NCBI RefSeq assembly: GCF_006345805.1
Contig: NC_043013.1
Location: 40,920,001 to 40,984,000, forward strand
Reading direction: 5' to 3'
From: Octopus sinensis
Taxonomy: Eukaryota
Length of the DNA: 64,000 nucleotides
Part shown: positions 57,222 to 63,569 of the stretch, piece by piece
How the letters are laid out: every line of letters begins with the position of its first letter
Position numbering within the stretch: the first letter of the stretch is position 1
Made by a program: the position numbers and the translations under genes
The notes under the pieces: generated by a model
Databases searched by the model: none
Told to the model about the DNA's origin: nothing
The model's input: only the letters and a program-made list of their open reading frames with translations

Positions 57222-59288
57222 GCTTCTTTCAGTTTCTGTCTACTAAATCCACTCACAAAGGTTTGGTTGGCCCAAGGCTATATCAAAAGACATTTGCTTA
57301 AAGTGCCATGCAGTGGGACTGAACCCGGAACCATTAATAATAATTGTTCCTAACAAAGGCACAAGGTTTGAAATTTTAGTGGAGGAAGTTACTTAATCAG
57401 ATTGACCCTAGTATTTGACTGGTACTTTATTTTATTGATCCTGTAGGGATGACAGGCAATGCTGACCTTGGCAGGATTTGAATTCAGAATATAAAAAGCT
57501 GGAACAAATACCATAAGGTATTTTTTGGAAGTTCTAACATTTTTGCCAATCTACTCTCTTAAATGGAAATAATAATTCTTTATAATTTTGGCACAAGCCT
57601 TGTAATTTCGAAAGAAGGAGGTTAGTGAATTACACTGACCCCATCAAATATAGTAAGATCAACCACTGAAAGGATGAAAGTTAAAGCTGATCTTGATGGG
57701 ATTTGAACTTGGAGCATAAGAAGTCAGAAGAAATGCTGTTAAGCATTTTGTCCAATGCTCTAATGACTATTAGACAGTTAGAGTGCTGGTTTCACAATCA
57801 TGAGGTAGTGAGTTCGATTCCTGGACCAGGCTGTGTGTTGTGTTCTTCAGCAAGACACTTTATTTCAAATTGCTCCAGTTCACTCATCTATAGAAATAAG
57901 TTGCGATGTCACAGGTGCCAAGCTGTATCGGCCCCTTTGCCTTTCCTTGGATAACATCAGTGGCAGGGAGAGAGGAGGCTGATATGCATGAGTGACTGCT
58001 GGTCTTCCTTACACAGACTTGTGCCTTGGAGGGGAACTTTCATGACCAAAGGGGATCTTTACAGGGGAGGACTATTGTAGTGAAATCTCAGAATCTGACC
58101 CTTCCCGTTATGATGTTTAGTAATAATGGTAAAATTGTCTTACGGTGGCTGTTGTCCAATGGGGCAACCCTCATACTTCTTAACAACATCTTTACCATAA
58201 ATGTTGAAAATTTTATAAGGGTTAATGGCAACCAAGATAGAACCAATGTAAGTCTGCAAAGAAGAAATAAATTGATGATAGAAACACAAAGCATTTGTAT
58301 GCTTAATATATAAATACAAATACACACACACACAAGGGATATAAACTCTCTCTCTCTCTCTCATCATTACATATTTTTCTTCATTAGAGTAAATTTGGCT
58401 TACAGCTATTTGTAGAAAACACAAATCAGGAGAAGAAGCACACTCTAAGTTGTAGAGCAGTATATATTTTAATGAGGATGGCCCATTTATGGGATTACCC
58501 TGGGATTACCCTGGGTTTCCCTGTCCATAAAAGGTTTATGACATAGTCAGACCCCAAAACCTGTTGGCTTCAGACTTCTTTAAAATATTTTGAAGAGGTC
58601 TTTGGCCAACAGGTTTTGGAGTCTGATGATACGCCATAAAGCTAAACCCTTCGATTAAAAATAACTGGGAAAGAATATAGAAAGCATATTTCTGTTCACA
58701 TACACAGGAACCCTGTGTCGTTAAGTGTAAGCTATAAAGCAATTTTTTCACTTTATTGAACTTTGATGTGGGAAAAATTTACAACCTTTTATGTTGATAA
58801 ACCACTATTGCTCCCGAAGGTTGTTTTTTATACCTTTTATGGACTGCTTGAAACTTACAATCTTCCTACACCTTGATTATTGGATCTTACCTTTACACAC
58901 AAACACAAGCAGATATGCATAGACAACAAATGCTTATACCTGTCTCCTCTAATAAGCTTGTCTTCCTAGTGTTCATAATAATTTTTCTATCATCTTGGCT
59001 TAACAGCCCTCACTGTTTGTTTTTACTGTCTTGTTCTCACTCTCCTGTTCTTGTTACCACTTTCACCCTCCACAAAAAATCCCAAATTTGCTTTGCAGGA
59101 AGGACTGTTTCAACGAAGTCACATATTGTCCTTGCCTTCAAAATGCGGAGTAGATGAAACAGGGACAACTGATGAAGGGGAATATTCTCTATGTTGCATG
59201 TCTCGTTTCTCTGTTTTTTTTCATTGTTTTGTTTTTATGTTTTCGTTTCTCATTGTGTTCAACGTTTTTTTGATGTCTTGTGCCCATA

Positions 59289-59338
<50 letters not shown>

Positions 59339-59440
59339 GGTATATACATATATGTATGTATATATGCATATATTTATATATTATTTATATTATGCATATA
59401 CATTAATATACACTCATTTATAAACACATGCAAACATACT

Positions 59441-59498
<58 letters not shown>

Positions 59499-60703
59499 TG
59501 TGTGTGTGTATGCACTCTTTCAAACATATAATAAAAACCTATGTTCAATTTTGATATTTTTTTTCTTTATTAAGCAATCTTTTTGTATTTCTCCTTAATC
59601 TTTTATGCCCAGTTTTGATCAATGTTTTTCCTAAATCCATTAGTCTGATTATTCAAGGCTTCCACAATCTTATTTTCACATTAAACTGCTCTAAATGTGT
59701 GTGCAGGCAGCATTTTCTCTATTAAATCACAAAGGAAATAATTTTATGATTAGGGAATAATTTTATGTGCTATAAAATCCTCATCCTTAAAAATGATAGA
59801 ATGGTGAATCTTGACAGGTCTCATGCAATCATGATTGATTTTTTTTTTTTTATGTGAGATATATCCGATTTTTGTGTTTAATTTAAGTTTTTTATTTTGC
59901 TATTAGCAAAACCACCCTAGTAATGCTTATTTGAAATTTGATTACAACAATTTAATTTGAAAAGGAGTTTGTGTATGAGCATGTGTTTATGTGTGTGTGT
60001 ATGTGTGTGTGCATAATAGGTGTAGGTATGGCTGTGTGATATGAAGCTTGCTTCCCAACCATATGGTTAGGGGTTCAGTCCTACTGCCCTTGGCATCTTG
60101 GTTAAATGTTTTCCATTCTAGCCCTGGGCTGACCAAAGCCTTTTGAATGAATTTGGTGGAAGTAAACAGGTGACATTTATTGGCATTTCCTGTCAAGAAA
60201 TTACTTGCTAGCTCTGCACCATAGAATTCCTTCAAAATAAAGAACCCTTACTTGAAATGTAGATAAGAGTTGGTGACAGGAAGAGCGTCCAGCCACCTAA
60301 CTCTCAGTTACCTCCCATGTATACTGTGCTACCAGGTAAAAGTAGATGTTGAATGAATGACATATGTATTTAAAGAAAGACACAAAGAGAGAAATACAAA
60401 TGTTTAAATGCCTCACAAAAAAAACCCAACAACAAACAAACAACAAAACAAAACCCAACATACTCACATATATCAGCTTATTGTTGTATCTTGTCTGTAA
60501 AGTACTGAGGATGGTTTGGTGGTTAAGAGTCCTGTTAACATATGACAAATTGAAATAATTACATAATATAATTCAATTAAAAGTCATACACAGATTCAGA
60601 ACAAAAACAAAACTAAAATTAAAAAGAAAATTATTACATACGATAATGTGATGAGATCTTCCATAGATTCTTCTGCATTTTCATCTTTGTTAGTATCACC
60701 CAT
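1..60703 (-). CDS. Myo22: Unconventional myosin heavy chain gene, motor domain; 16 coding exons in window, continues past position 1. Most similar to class XXII (MyTH4-FERM) myosins
   Basis: Hand-spliced 637 codons: [55 protein letters not shown]...GESGSGKTE...[10 protein letters not shown]...DIFGFE...[12 protein letters not shown]...[19 protein letters not shown]. All 15 introns are GT-AG with compatible phases. Class assigned from recalled class XXII signatures ([43 protein letters not shown]) and the lack of an N-terminal SH3-like domain. Myosin identity is near certain; the class label is about 0.7. Confidence 0.93.
1280..2539 (+). mobile_element. Full-length inactive mariner (DD34D type), 1260 bp
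   Basis: TA duplications 1278-79 and 2540-41; TIRs TTGGGTTGGCAA / TTGCCAACCCAA. Transposase pieces 1451-2463 include WVPHAL, TGDEK and YSPDLAPTD. Stop at 1709-11 plus frameshifts; second catalytic Asp reads Asn (AAC), with 34-residue spacing to the final D. Confidence 0.96.
4370..4700 (+). mobile_element. tRNA-derived SINE family D (GTGTTCTTGAGCAAGACACT motif)
   Basis: B-box GAGTTCAATTCC; colinear copies at about 45370-45680 and 57775-58060; heads at 42590 and 55320. Confidence 0.82.
4823..4977 (-). CDS. Myosin coding exon 15, loop 2 ([51 protein letters not shown])
   Basis: ttactcatag acceptor, CA|gtgagt donor, 155 nt; TVxxxFxxSL helix. Confidence 0.94.
5047..5269 (-). mobile_element. piggyBac-type MITE (TTAA flanks, CCC...GGG ends), copy 1
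   Basis: TTAA at 5043-46 and 5270-73; colinear with the copy at 51394-51614 in opposite orientation. Confidence 0.8.
6381..6458 (-). CDS. Myosin coding exon 14 ([26 protein letters not shown])
   Basis: tttgttgcag acceptor, TCT|gtaagt donor, 78 nt; FLEKNKD motif. Confidence 0.95.
7795..7920 (-). CDS. Myosin coding exon 13 ([14 protein letters not shown]...[14 protein letters not shown])
   Basis: ctcttacag acceptor, AAT|gtaagt donor, 126 nt; HYAGxVxY motif. Confidence 0.96.
8047..8430 (+). mobile_element. tRNA-derived SINE family B (head GGAGTGGCTGTGTGGTAAG, CCTTGGGCAAGT core-like motif, internal (TA)n(TG)n)
   Basis: Full-length example; others at about 13890-14330, 26335-26690, 28975-29378, 40578-40830 (+) and 29940-30350, 37990-38400, 48640-49010, 56770-57330 (-). 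Confidence 0.88.
8933..9835 (+). mobile_element. SINE B interrupted at its internal microsatellite by a SINE C copy (about 9118-9633)
   Basis: B 5' half to about 9105, C body with (GAT)n tail, then B 3' half resumes at TTTGTGTCTGTGTTTGT. Confidence 0.8.
10349..10576 (-). CDS. Myosin coding exon 12, relay region ([20 protein letters not shown]...[10 protein letters not shown])
   Basis: catttttgtag acceptor, AGG|gtaata donor, 228 nt; [13 protein letters not shown] motif. Confidence 0.97.
11209..11398 (+). mobile_element. Internally deleted mariner derivative (MITE-size) with transposase C-terminal remnant
   Basis: Inverted ends TGAGGGTGCTTTGAAAAGTTCCTGGCT / AGCCAGGAACATTTTAGCACCTCCTCG; remnant reads like [18 protein letters not shown]. 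Confidence 0.75.
12022..12151 (-). CDS. Myosin coding exon 11 with switch II ([20 protein letters not shown]...LLDIFGFE)
   Basis: tgttacag acceptor, GAA|gtaagg donor, 130 nt. Confidence 0.97.
13645..13722 (+). ncRNA. Putative type I hammerhead ribozyme motif (helix II eroded)
   Basis: TGTCT-CTGATGA-[49-nt helix II with inner AGAGAT/ATCTCT hairpin]-GAAAC-AGTT-GTA|AGACA; perfect 5-bp helix I. Confidence 0.55.
14930..15790. repeat. Cluster of (TA)n/(TG)n microsatellites with small unique islands
   Basis: Runs at about 14935-15123, 15360-15608 and 15742-15790. Confidence 0.95.
15797..15904. repeat. Perfect 48-bp inverted repeat with 12-nt loop
   Basis: 15797-15844 is the exact reverse complement of 15857-15904. 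Confidence 0.95.
16757..17090 (-). mobile_element. Composite short element: tRNA-like Pol III head, (AAT)n, body with hammerhead-like core, inverted terminal copy
   Basis: A-box TGGTGTAGTGG just after 17028, B-box GAGTTCGATTCC 16978-16967, core 16847-16805; 16-bp perfect inverted repeat 16757-72 / 17032-47. Confidence 0.6.
17295..18128. repeat. Direct tandem duplication, period 436 bp, bounded by (TA)n
   Basis: 17295-17692 reads identical to 17731-18128 by eye; ORF track shows duplicated ORFs offset by exactly 436. Confidence 0.95.
18250..18932. repeat. Degenerate TG/CA-rich microsatellite region
   Basis: TG-rich to about 18810, CA/TA-rich after; abuts the Tc1 element. Confidence 0.9.
18934..20128 (-). 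mobile_element. Inactive Tc1-family transposon with DD36E spacing (Incomer-like), about 1.2 kb
   Basis: About 28-bp imperfect TIRs (CAGGAGTTGGACAAAATAATGGAATCAC / rc CACAGGTTTGGACAAAAAATGGAAACAC), TA flanks. Transposase from 19969 ([14 protein letters not shown]...) to 18986 (...AKGGPTPH*). QDDNAPIH...[12 protein letters not shown] gives 36 residues between D and E; frameshifts and stops present. Confidence 0.92.
20988..21046 (-). CDS. Myosin coding exon 10, cardiomyopathy/TEDS loop ([19 protein letters not shown])
   Basis: tcttttacag acceptor, AG|gtaagt donor, 59 nt; Glu 16 residues before DAIAK satisfies the TEDS rule. Confidence 0.94.
21959..22186 (+). mobile_element. tRNA-derived SINE family A (head GGC(G/A)GC(G/A)AGCTGGCAGAA), full length with 14-bp TSD
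   Basis: B-box-like GAGTTCAAATTCC; TSD GGTAACTGGTAAGA at 21945-58 and 22187-200. More than 25 related copies in the window on both strands (e.g. 7380-7612, 11445-11677, 13362-13570, 26895-27127, 37740-37957, 51970-52165, 63770-63960). Confidence 0.9.
23069..23440 (-). mobile_element. Helentron-associated non-autonomous element (HINE / DINE-1-like)
   Basis: On minus: 5' hairpin ACCTCTGCCTTAGCGAAGGTGGAGGT, (GTTT)n-like core, subterminal TTGGCAGAAGT complementary to the 5' end, 3' stem-loop GCACTC-TCT-GAGTGC (23078-23092), then T-rich flank. Confidence 0.72.
25154..25393. mobile_element. Fold-back MITE-like palindrome, about 240 bp
   Basis: Two arms of about 118 bp are near-complementary around centre 25273 (AGAAATACAT-A-ATGTATTTCT). 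Confidence 0.75.
25602..25826 (+). mobile_element. SINE family A copy with 13-bp TSD
   Basis: TSD AGAATCCAATGAT at 25589-601 and 25827-39. Confidence 0.9.
27228..27341 (-). CDS. Myosin coding exon 9 ([38 protein letters not shown])
   Basis: catttttcag acceptor, ATG|gtatgt donor, 114 nt. Confidence 0.93.
27972..28382 (+). mobile_element. Short element with about 103-bp inverted arms enclosing a minimal hammerhead motif (Penelope-like terminal repeat derivative)
   Basis: Arms 27972-28074 and 28279-28382; core CTGATGA...GAAACTAGTC at 28181-28211; preceded by (TA)n. Confidence 0.6.
28177..28215 (+). ncRNA. Putative minimal type I hammerhead ribozyme motif
   Basis: CAGA-CTGATGA-tGAGcaatgaCTCt-GAAA-CTAG-TC|TCTG; palindromic helix III (ACTAGT). 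Confidence 0.6.
28640..28975. repeat. Compound (TA)n(CA)n microsatellite
   Basis: Alternating TA and CA blocks. Confidence 0.97.
30619..30780 (-). CDS. Myosin coding exon 8 ([28 protein letters not shown]...[17 protein letters not shown])
   Basis: Not in this frame in ORF track; attatttcag acceptor, AAT|gtaagt donor, 162 nt; LHLGNI motif. Confidence 0.95.
30786..31260 (-). mobile_element. Head-to-tail SINE family A copies abutting the exon 8 acceptor
   Basis: Copies at about 30806-31018 and 31030-31260; (ATT)n tail runs to the ttcag acceptor. Confidence 0.85.
31471..31522 (-). ncRNA. Putative minimal type I hammerhead ribozyme motif, sense to the myosin pre-mRNA
   Basis: Minus strand ATATTctGTG-CTGATGA-aGGGaagcaaCCCg-GAAAT-CACG-ATA|CACtAATAT; the downstream 50 nt resemble those following the 28181 motif. 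Confidence 0.52.
31800..32900 (-). mobile_element. Heavily decayed pogo-like (DDE_1) transposase fossil; ends not resolved
   Basis: Minus-strand fragments NMDETPIFF (about 32530-32555), [10 protein letters not shown] (about 32465-32495), [10 protein letters not shown] (about 32388-32416) in the expected pogo order; many stops and frameshifts. Confidence 0.6.
33442..33687 (+). mobile_element. SINE family A copy with 13-bp TSD
   Basis: TSD GTGTTAGTTTGGA at 33429-41 and 33688-700. Confidence 0.88.
34790..35730 (+). repeat. Four diverged tandem units (about 200-260 bp) of a dispersed repeat family
   Basis: Recurring GATCAAAGG.ATTCCAGC..TGACCATC and GAGATTTGGCTG.TATT motifs; dispersed copies near 3050-3250, 24220-24360, 55010-55160 and, inverted, 43050-43150 and 62290-62470. 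Confidence 0.65.
36144..36257 (-). CDS. Myosin coding exon 7 ([38 protein letters not shown])
   Basis: tctttacag acceptor, CAG|gtaaat donor, 114 nt; ERNYHxFY motif. Confidence 0.96.
36400..36990. repeat. Degenerate pentanucleotide (GTGTA/GTGCA-like) satellite
   Basis: 5-nt periodicity; shorter similar tracts near 3525-3620 and 4290-4365. Confidence 0.8.
37570..37633 (-). CDS. Myosin coding exon 6 ([21 protein letters not shown])
   Basis: Not in ORF track; gtcttttag acceptor, CAG|gtgagt donor, 64 nt; YLLE(K/R)SR motif. Confidence 0.95.
39510..39822 (+). mobile_element. tRNA-derived SINE family E (GCGATGGACTGGCGTCCCGTCCAG motif, AAAT tail)
   Basis: A-box TGGCCCAGTGG, B-box GTTTCGATTCC; second colinear copy at about 62842-63157. 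Confidence 0.85.
41003..41203 (-). CDS. Myosin coding exon 5: P-loop and switch I ([10 protein letters not shown]...[16 protein letters not shown])
   Basis: ctcctccag acceptor, AG|gttagt donor, 201 nt. Confidence 0.97.
42060..42590. repeat. (TG)n tract punctuated by TTGAC/TTGAT (degenerate minisatellite)
   Basis: GTGTGTTGA(C/T) recurs about every 15-30 nt. Confidence 0.88.
43470..43700 (+). mobile_element. C-terminal restriction-like endonuclease fragment of an R4/Dong-type non-LTR retrotransposon
   Basis: Frame from 43472: [48 protein letters not shown], then shifted KITLLGT. Matches the KE.EK..KY.DL..E...W....PVIIGA.G...LLGT pattern recalled for this clade. Confidence 0.65.
44085..44417 (+). 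mobile_element. 3' fragment of a second mariner (transposase C-terminus plus right TIR)
   Basis: Translation [20 protein letters not shown]...[14 protein letters not shown]; end ...TTTTCCTCAACCTAA followed by TA. Confidence 0.85.
47170..47740 (+). mobile_element. Unclassified retroposon-like insert (about 550 bp) with (AAT)n on both sides
   Basis: Non-coding, higher GC than its flanks, ends in an (AAT)n run and follows an AAT/AAC run. Confidence 0.45.
47745..48345 (-). mobile_element. SINE-like family C (TTAGGAAGGGCATCCAGC motif, internal about 60-bp repeats, (GAT)n tail), longest copy
   Basis: Other copies at about 316-625, 3735-3898, 24490-24725, 27570-27938, 46262-46508 (+) and 17395-17690, 17831-18126, 34140-34490, 56200-56510 (-). 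These generate many spurious ORFs. Confidence 0.85.
49020..50065 (-). mobile_element. Array of five head-to-tail SINE family A variants separated by (AAT)n
   Basis: Units start at about 49025, 49250, 49405, 49645 and 49880, all in the same orientation. Confidence 0.85.
50070..50545. repeat. Compound (AAT)/(GAT)/(AAC) trinucleotide microsatellite
   Basis: About 475 bp of AAT, GAT and AAC triplets; source of the poly-N/I/L ORFs. Confidence 0.97.
51394..51614 (+). mobile_element. piggyBac-type MITE, copy 2 (carries an internal micro-inversion)
   Basis: TTAA at 51390-93 and 51615-18; ends CCCTTTCATTAC / GTAACGAAAGGGG. Confidence 0.82.
55747..55821 (-). CDS. Myosin coding exon 4 ([24 protein letters not shown])
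   Basis: Not in ORF track; catttcag acceptor, AG|gtaaga donor, 75 nt; PPHLFAI motif across the junction. Confidence 0.95.
55914..56685 (+). mobile_element. Second MITE family split by a nested SINE-in-SINE insertion
   Basis: Left part AACCCTTTAGCATT... to 56085 and right part ...GAATGCTAAAGAGTT. The 12-bp duplication TAATTCAAAACA (56074-85 and 56620-31) brackets the insert. Related fragments near 10650-10710, 40410-40540 and 45720-45790. Confidence 0.65.
58144..58253 (-). CDS. Myosin coding exon 3 ([36 protein letters not shown])
   Basis: tttgcag acceptor, CC|gtaaga donor, 110 nt; conserved [13 protein letters not shown]. Confidence 0.96.
58547..58626. repeat. 80-nt near-perfect hairpin
   Basis: About 39 paired positions with 3 mismatches and 3 G-U pairs, 2-nt apex. 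Confidence 0.85.
60468..60531 (-). CDS. Myosin coding exon 2 ([21 protein letters not shown])
   Basis: ttaacag|G acceptor, TAT|gtgagt donor, 64 nt, phase 2 to 0. Confidence 0.92.
60642..60703 (-). CDS. Myosin coding exon 1 ([20 protein letters not shown]+TC)
   Basis: Acceptor tttattacag ends 60711; 7 nt UTR with in-frame TAG; ATG 60703-60701; donor TC|gtatgt. MEDL..L is the canonical myosin motor start. Confidence 0.88.
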
Positions 60704-60829
60704 TTTCTATCTGTAATAAAGAAATGCAAACTTATCTAAAGATTAAATTAGCTATGAAAAATTACTTATATACGGGGCAACCAAAGCCTTGTGAATGGAT
60801 ATGGTAGACAGTAACTGAAAGAAACCCAT

Positions 60830-60902
<73 letters not shown>

Positions 60903-60908
<6 letters not shown>

Positions 60909-61160
60909 GTAAATGTAAAATGTGACAATTATTTGGTAGCCATGATAAAACTGAGTTTTGGATGCCGAGGTGTAAATTTTTTTTTCTGATGGCCAGATAA
61001 CTGAAGAGATGGCGGCGGGGATTTCCACCTCGGCATCCGAAACTCGGAGTTTTATCATGGCTACCGAATAATTGTCACATATTACATTTACAGATAAATT
61101 CCTCCAATATTGAGGTCTCTTTCATTCTTTTGTTGTCTTACCATTTTTATCAATATATGT
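60903..61160 (+). mobile_element. Fold-back element with about 70-bp inverted arms and a type I hammerhead motif (Penelope-like terminal repeat derivative)
   Basis: Arms about 60904-60972 and 61026-61096; core CTGAAGA 61001-07, GAAAC 61039-43, GTT 61049-51; (TA)n on both flanks. Confidence 0.62.
60991..61062 (+). ncRNA. Putative type I hammerhead ribozyme motif
   Basis: GGCCAGATAA-CTGAAGA-[GATG...CATCC]-GAAA-CTCGGAG-TT|TTATCaTGGCT; 10-bp helix I with one bulge; near-palindromic helix III ACTC-G-GAGT. Confidence 0.6.
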
Positions 61161-61178
61161 GTATATATATAAATATAT

Positions 61179-61235
<57 letters not shown>

Positions 61236-63152
61236 TATATAGTTGAAATTTATAGAAAAACAAAAGATGGAGACAGGTGTATGAGCAACAAGTAGGTGTA
61301 TTAGCTTGATGCTCAGGAAAATGAAAGTCTTTTGTTTTGAGTCTGAACTCTTAAACAGAAAGGAATACGAGAAAATAAAGAGAGAGAGAATGAAAAAAAT
61401 CTTGTAGATATAGCGGTCAAGCATGGCAAATATATATGTATATGTATTCATGTGTGTGTGTCTGTTTGTCCTCCTACCATTGCTTGACAACTGATGTTGG
61501 TGTGTGAATATCACTGTATCTTAGTGGTTTGGCAAAAGAGACCAATAGAATAAGCACCAGGCTTGCAAAGAATAAGTCCTGGGGTCGAATTTTTTGACTA
61601 AAAACCTTAAGGCAGTGCTCCAGCATGGCTGCAGTCAAATGACTAAAACATGTAAAAGAGTATACATATGAAATTAAGATGCTGGATAACTGATTGAATG
61701 TCCTGTATTGAGTTCCTAAATTAAATGGCAGCTATAGGGGAATGCCCTTAGACAACTTATCACTCAGCCTGTTTTAGTAAGCATAAGTATAAAGCAATCC
61801 ATTCTTGTTGTACATTGGTAGAATAACTTAATTAGCCAGGACTAATACAAATTATAATAAGGGGATCAAAAGTAGCTAATTTGAGAAGATTGGAGGACAG
61901 GCATTCTGGCAACTTGTCACCTGGCAAGTAATAGACACATAGCTCAAGTCCCAGTTGTGGATCTGATGTTCTTTTCAGCTTCAAATTATGATTCTAATGT
62001 TAGAATCCAACCAGTTTCTCTTGTGAATGCATCAGAGAGGACAGTTATCATGCTGTATAAATAACAGCAATAAAGAGGGCATTCATCCAGCTATATCAAA
62101 TATTAGTTGTCATACAGATAATTAGCAGTGGAACAGGCACCTGTTTAACTCTATAAATCATAGGAGTAGAGAGATTGTGCATTTAACAAAATTAATAATA
62201 GCTAGAAAGAGAGATAGAGAGAGGGAGAGAGCATTCATCCAGCTGCATATAGATAATGGGTAGGTATAATGAGAGGATCTCTGCATAATTACCCAGCCTG
62301 TTAGAAATAGCAACCAAATCTCTCTAAAATCTTTTGCCTTATTATTTGATTAAAACCCTTGAAGCCTCACTTTATTATCTTAGGAAAAATAAAAATGGAA
62401 ATACATAATGGATAATGTAGATTCAGATACACTTTACCATAGAAACCTTTGACCATAGGTCATGGTTCAGAGCCAACCTGAGATAAATTATATGTTTGTC
62501 ATGTGGATGGTTTAACAGGTTACATAAGCATCTATTTAGATCAGTGGTTCTTAACCAATGTTTAATATGGCCCAGGAGAAGGGAAATGTGAGATTTTGTT
62601 GTTAAAATTTATGTGTAATAAGTTGTTTATACTTCTACAATACACAAAATATTCTAATTTTTTTATGCAGTTCTTAATAATATTTAATTATAAAAACATA
62701 ACAAGATTTAACTTATATCCATTGAATGGCTATAGGGATCCCGTAGAGTAAAACACAAATCAAAGGGACATATGGGCAAAAAATGGTTAAGGACCACTGA
62801 TTTCTATGTTTATGAAATATATATCTATATTATATATATATGTGGAGGCGCAATGGCCCAGTGGTTAGGGCAGTGGACTTGCGGTTGGAGGATCGCAATT
62901 TTGATTCCCAGACCGAGCGTTGTGTGTGTTTATTGAGCGAAAACACCTAAATGCCCCATGAAGCTTCGGCATGGGGTGGTAGTGACCCCTATTGTACTCT
63001 TTCGCCCCAACTTTCTCTCACTTTTTCTTTCTGTTTCTTGAGTAACTCTGCGATGGACTGGCGTCCCATCCAGCTGGGGGGAACACATACGCCACAGAAA
63101 CCAGGAAGCCGGGCCCATGAACCTGGCTAGGCTTGAAAAGGGCGCATAAATA

Positions 63153-63185
<33 letters not shown>

Positions 63186-63188
<3 letters not shown>

Positions 63189-63569
63189 TAGAATCTCGCA
63201 GTATGAGTGCACCATTGCATGAGTAGTATGTTGTACAAGCCGAGATTCATGCAAATTTTCGTCTTGAAGTATGAGCAGAAATCCGCAGTACAAGCACATG
63301 GATCATCTCATTTTTAATGTAATTAAGTTAATAAGACCAGTTTACATAATCCTTTTGCATTCTCTTTTTTATAATTGTCCTTTTACATGTAACTACACCA
63401 TTTCTGTTTTAAAACCCATAAAAAATTATTTTTGAGTGATTTTTGGGAATTGGAATGGATATTATATTTTAGTTAATTTCAAATGGGGAAAATTGATCTG
63501 TAAAACAAGCAAATTGTAAGATGAGCTCGGTCATAGAACCAATTAAACTTGTACAGCAAGGGGCCACTG
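63186..63569. mobile_element. Tigger/pogo-like MITE
   Basis: Diverged inverted ends CAGTAGAATCTCGCAGTATGAG / CTTGTACAGCAAGGGGCCACTG followed by TA. Confidence 0.55.

Noticed and set aside
58623-58660. Other CTGATGA/CTGAAGA hits (also 980, 2845, 5284, 25231, 53737, 59169)
   Set aside because: No correctly placed stem II plus GAAA plus NUH plus helix I; not counted as hammerheads
61141-61145. Consensus-like donor ATG|GTAAGA as the missing 5' UTR exon end
   Set aside because: Lies inside a repeat and is flanked upstream by microsatellite; no independent support
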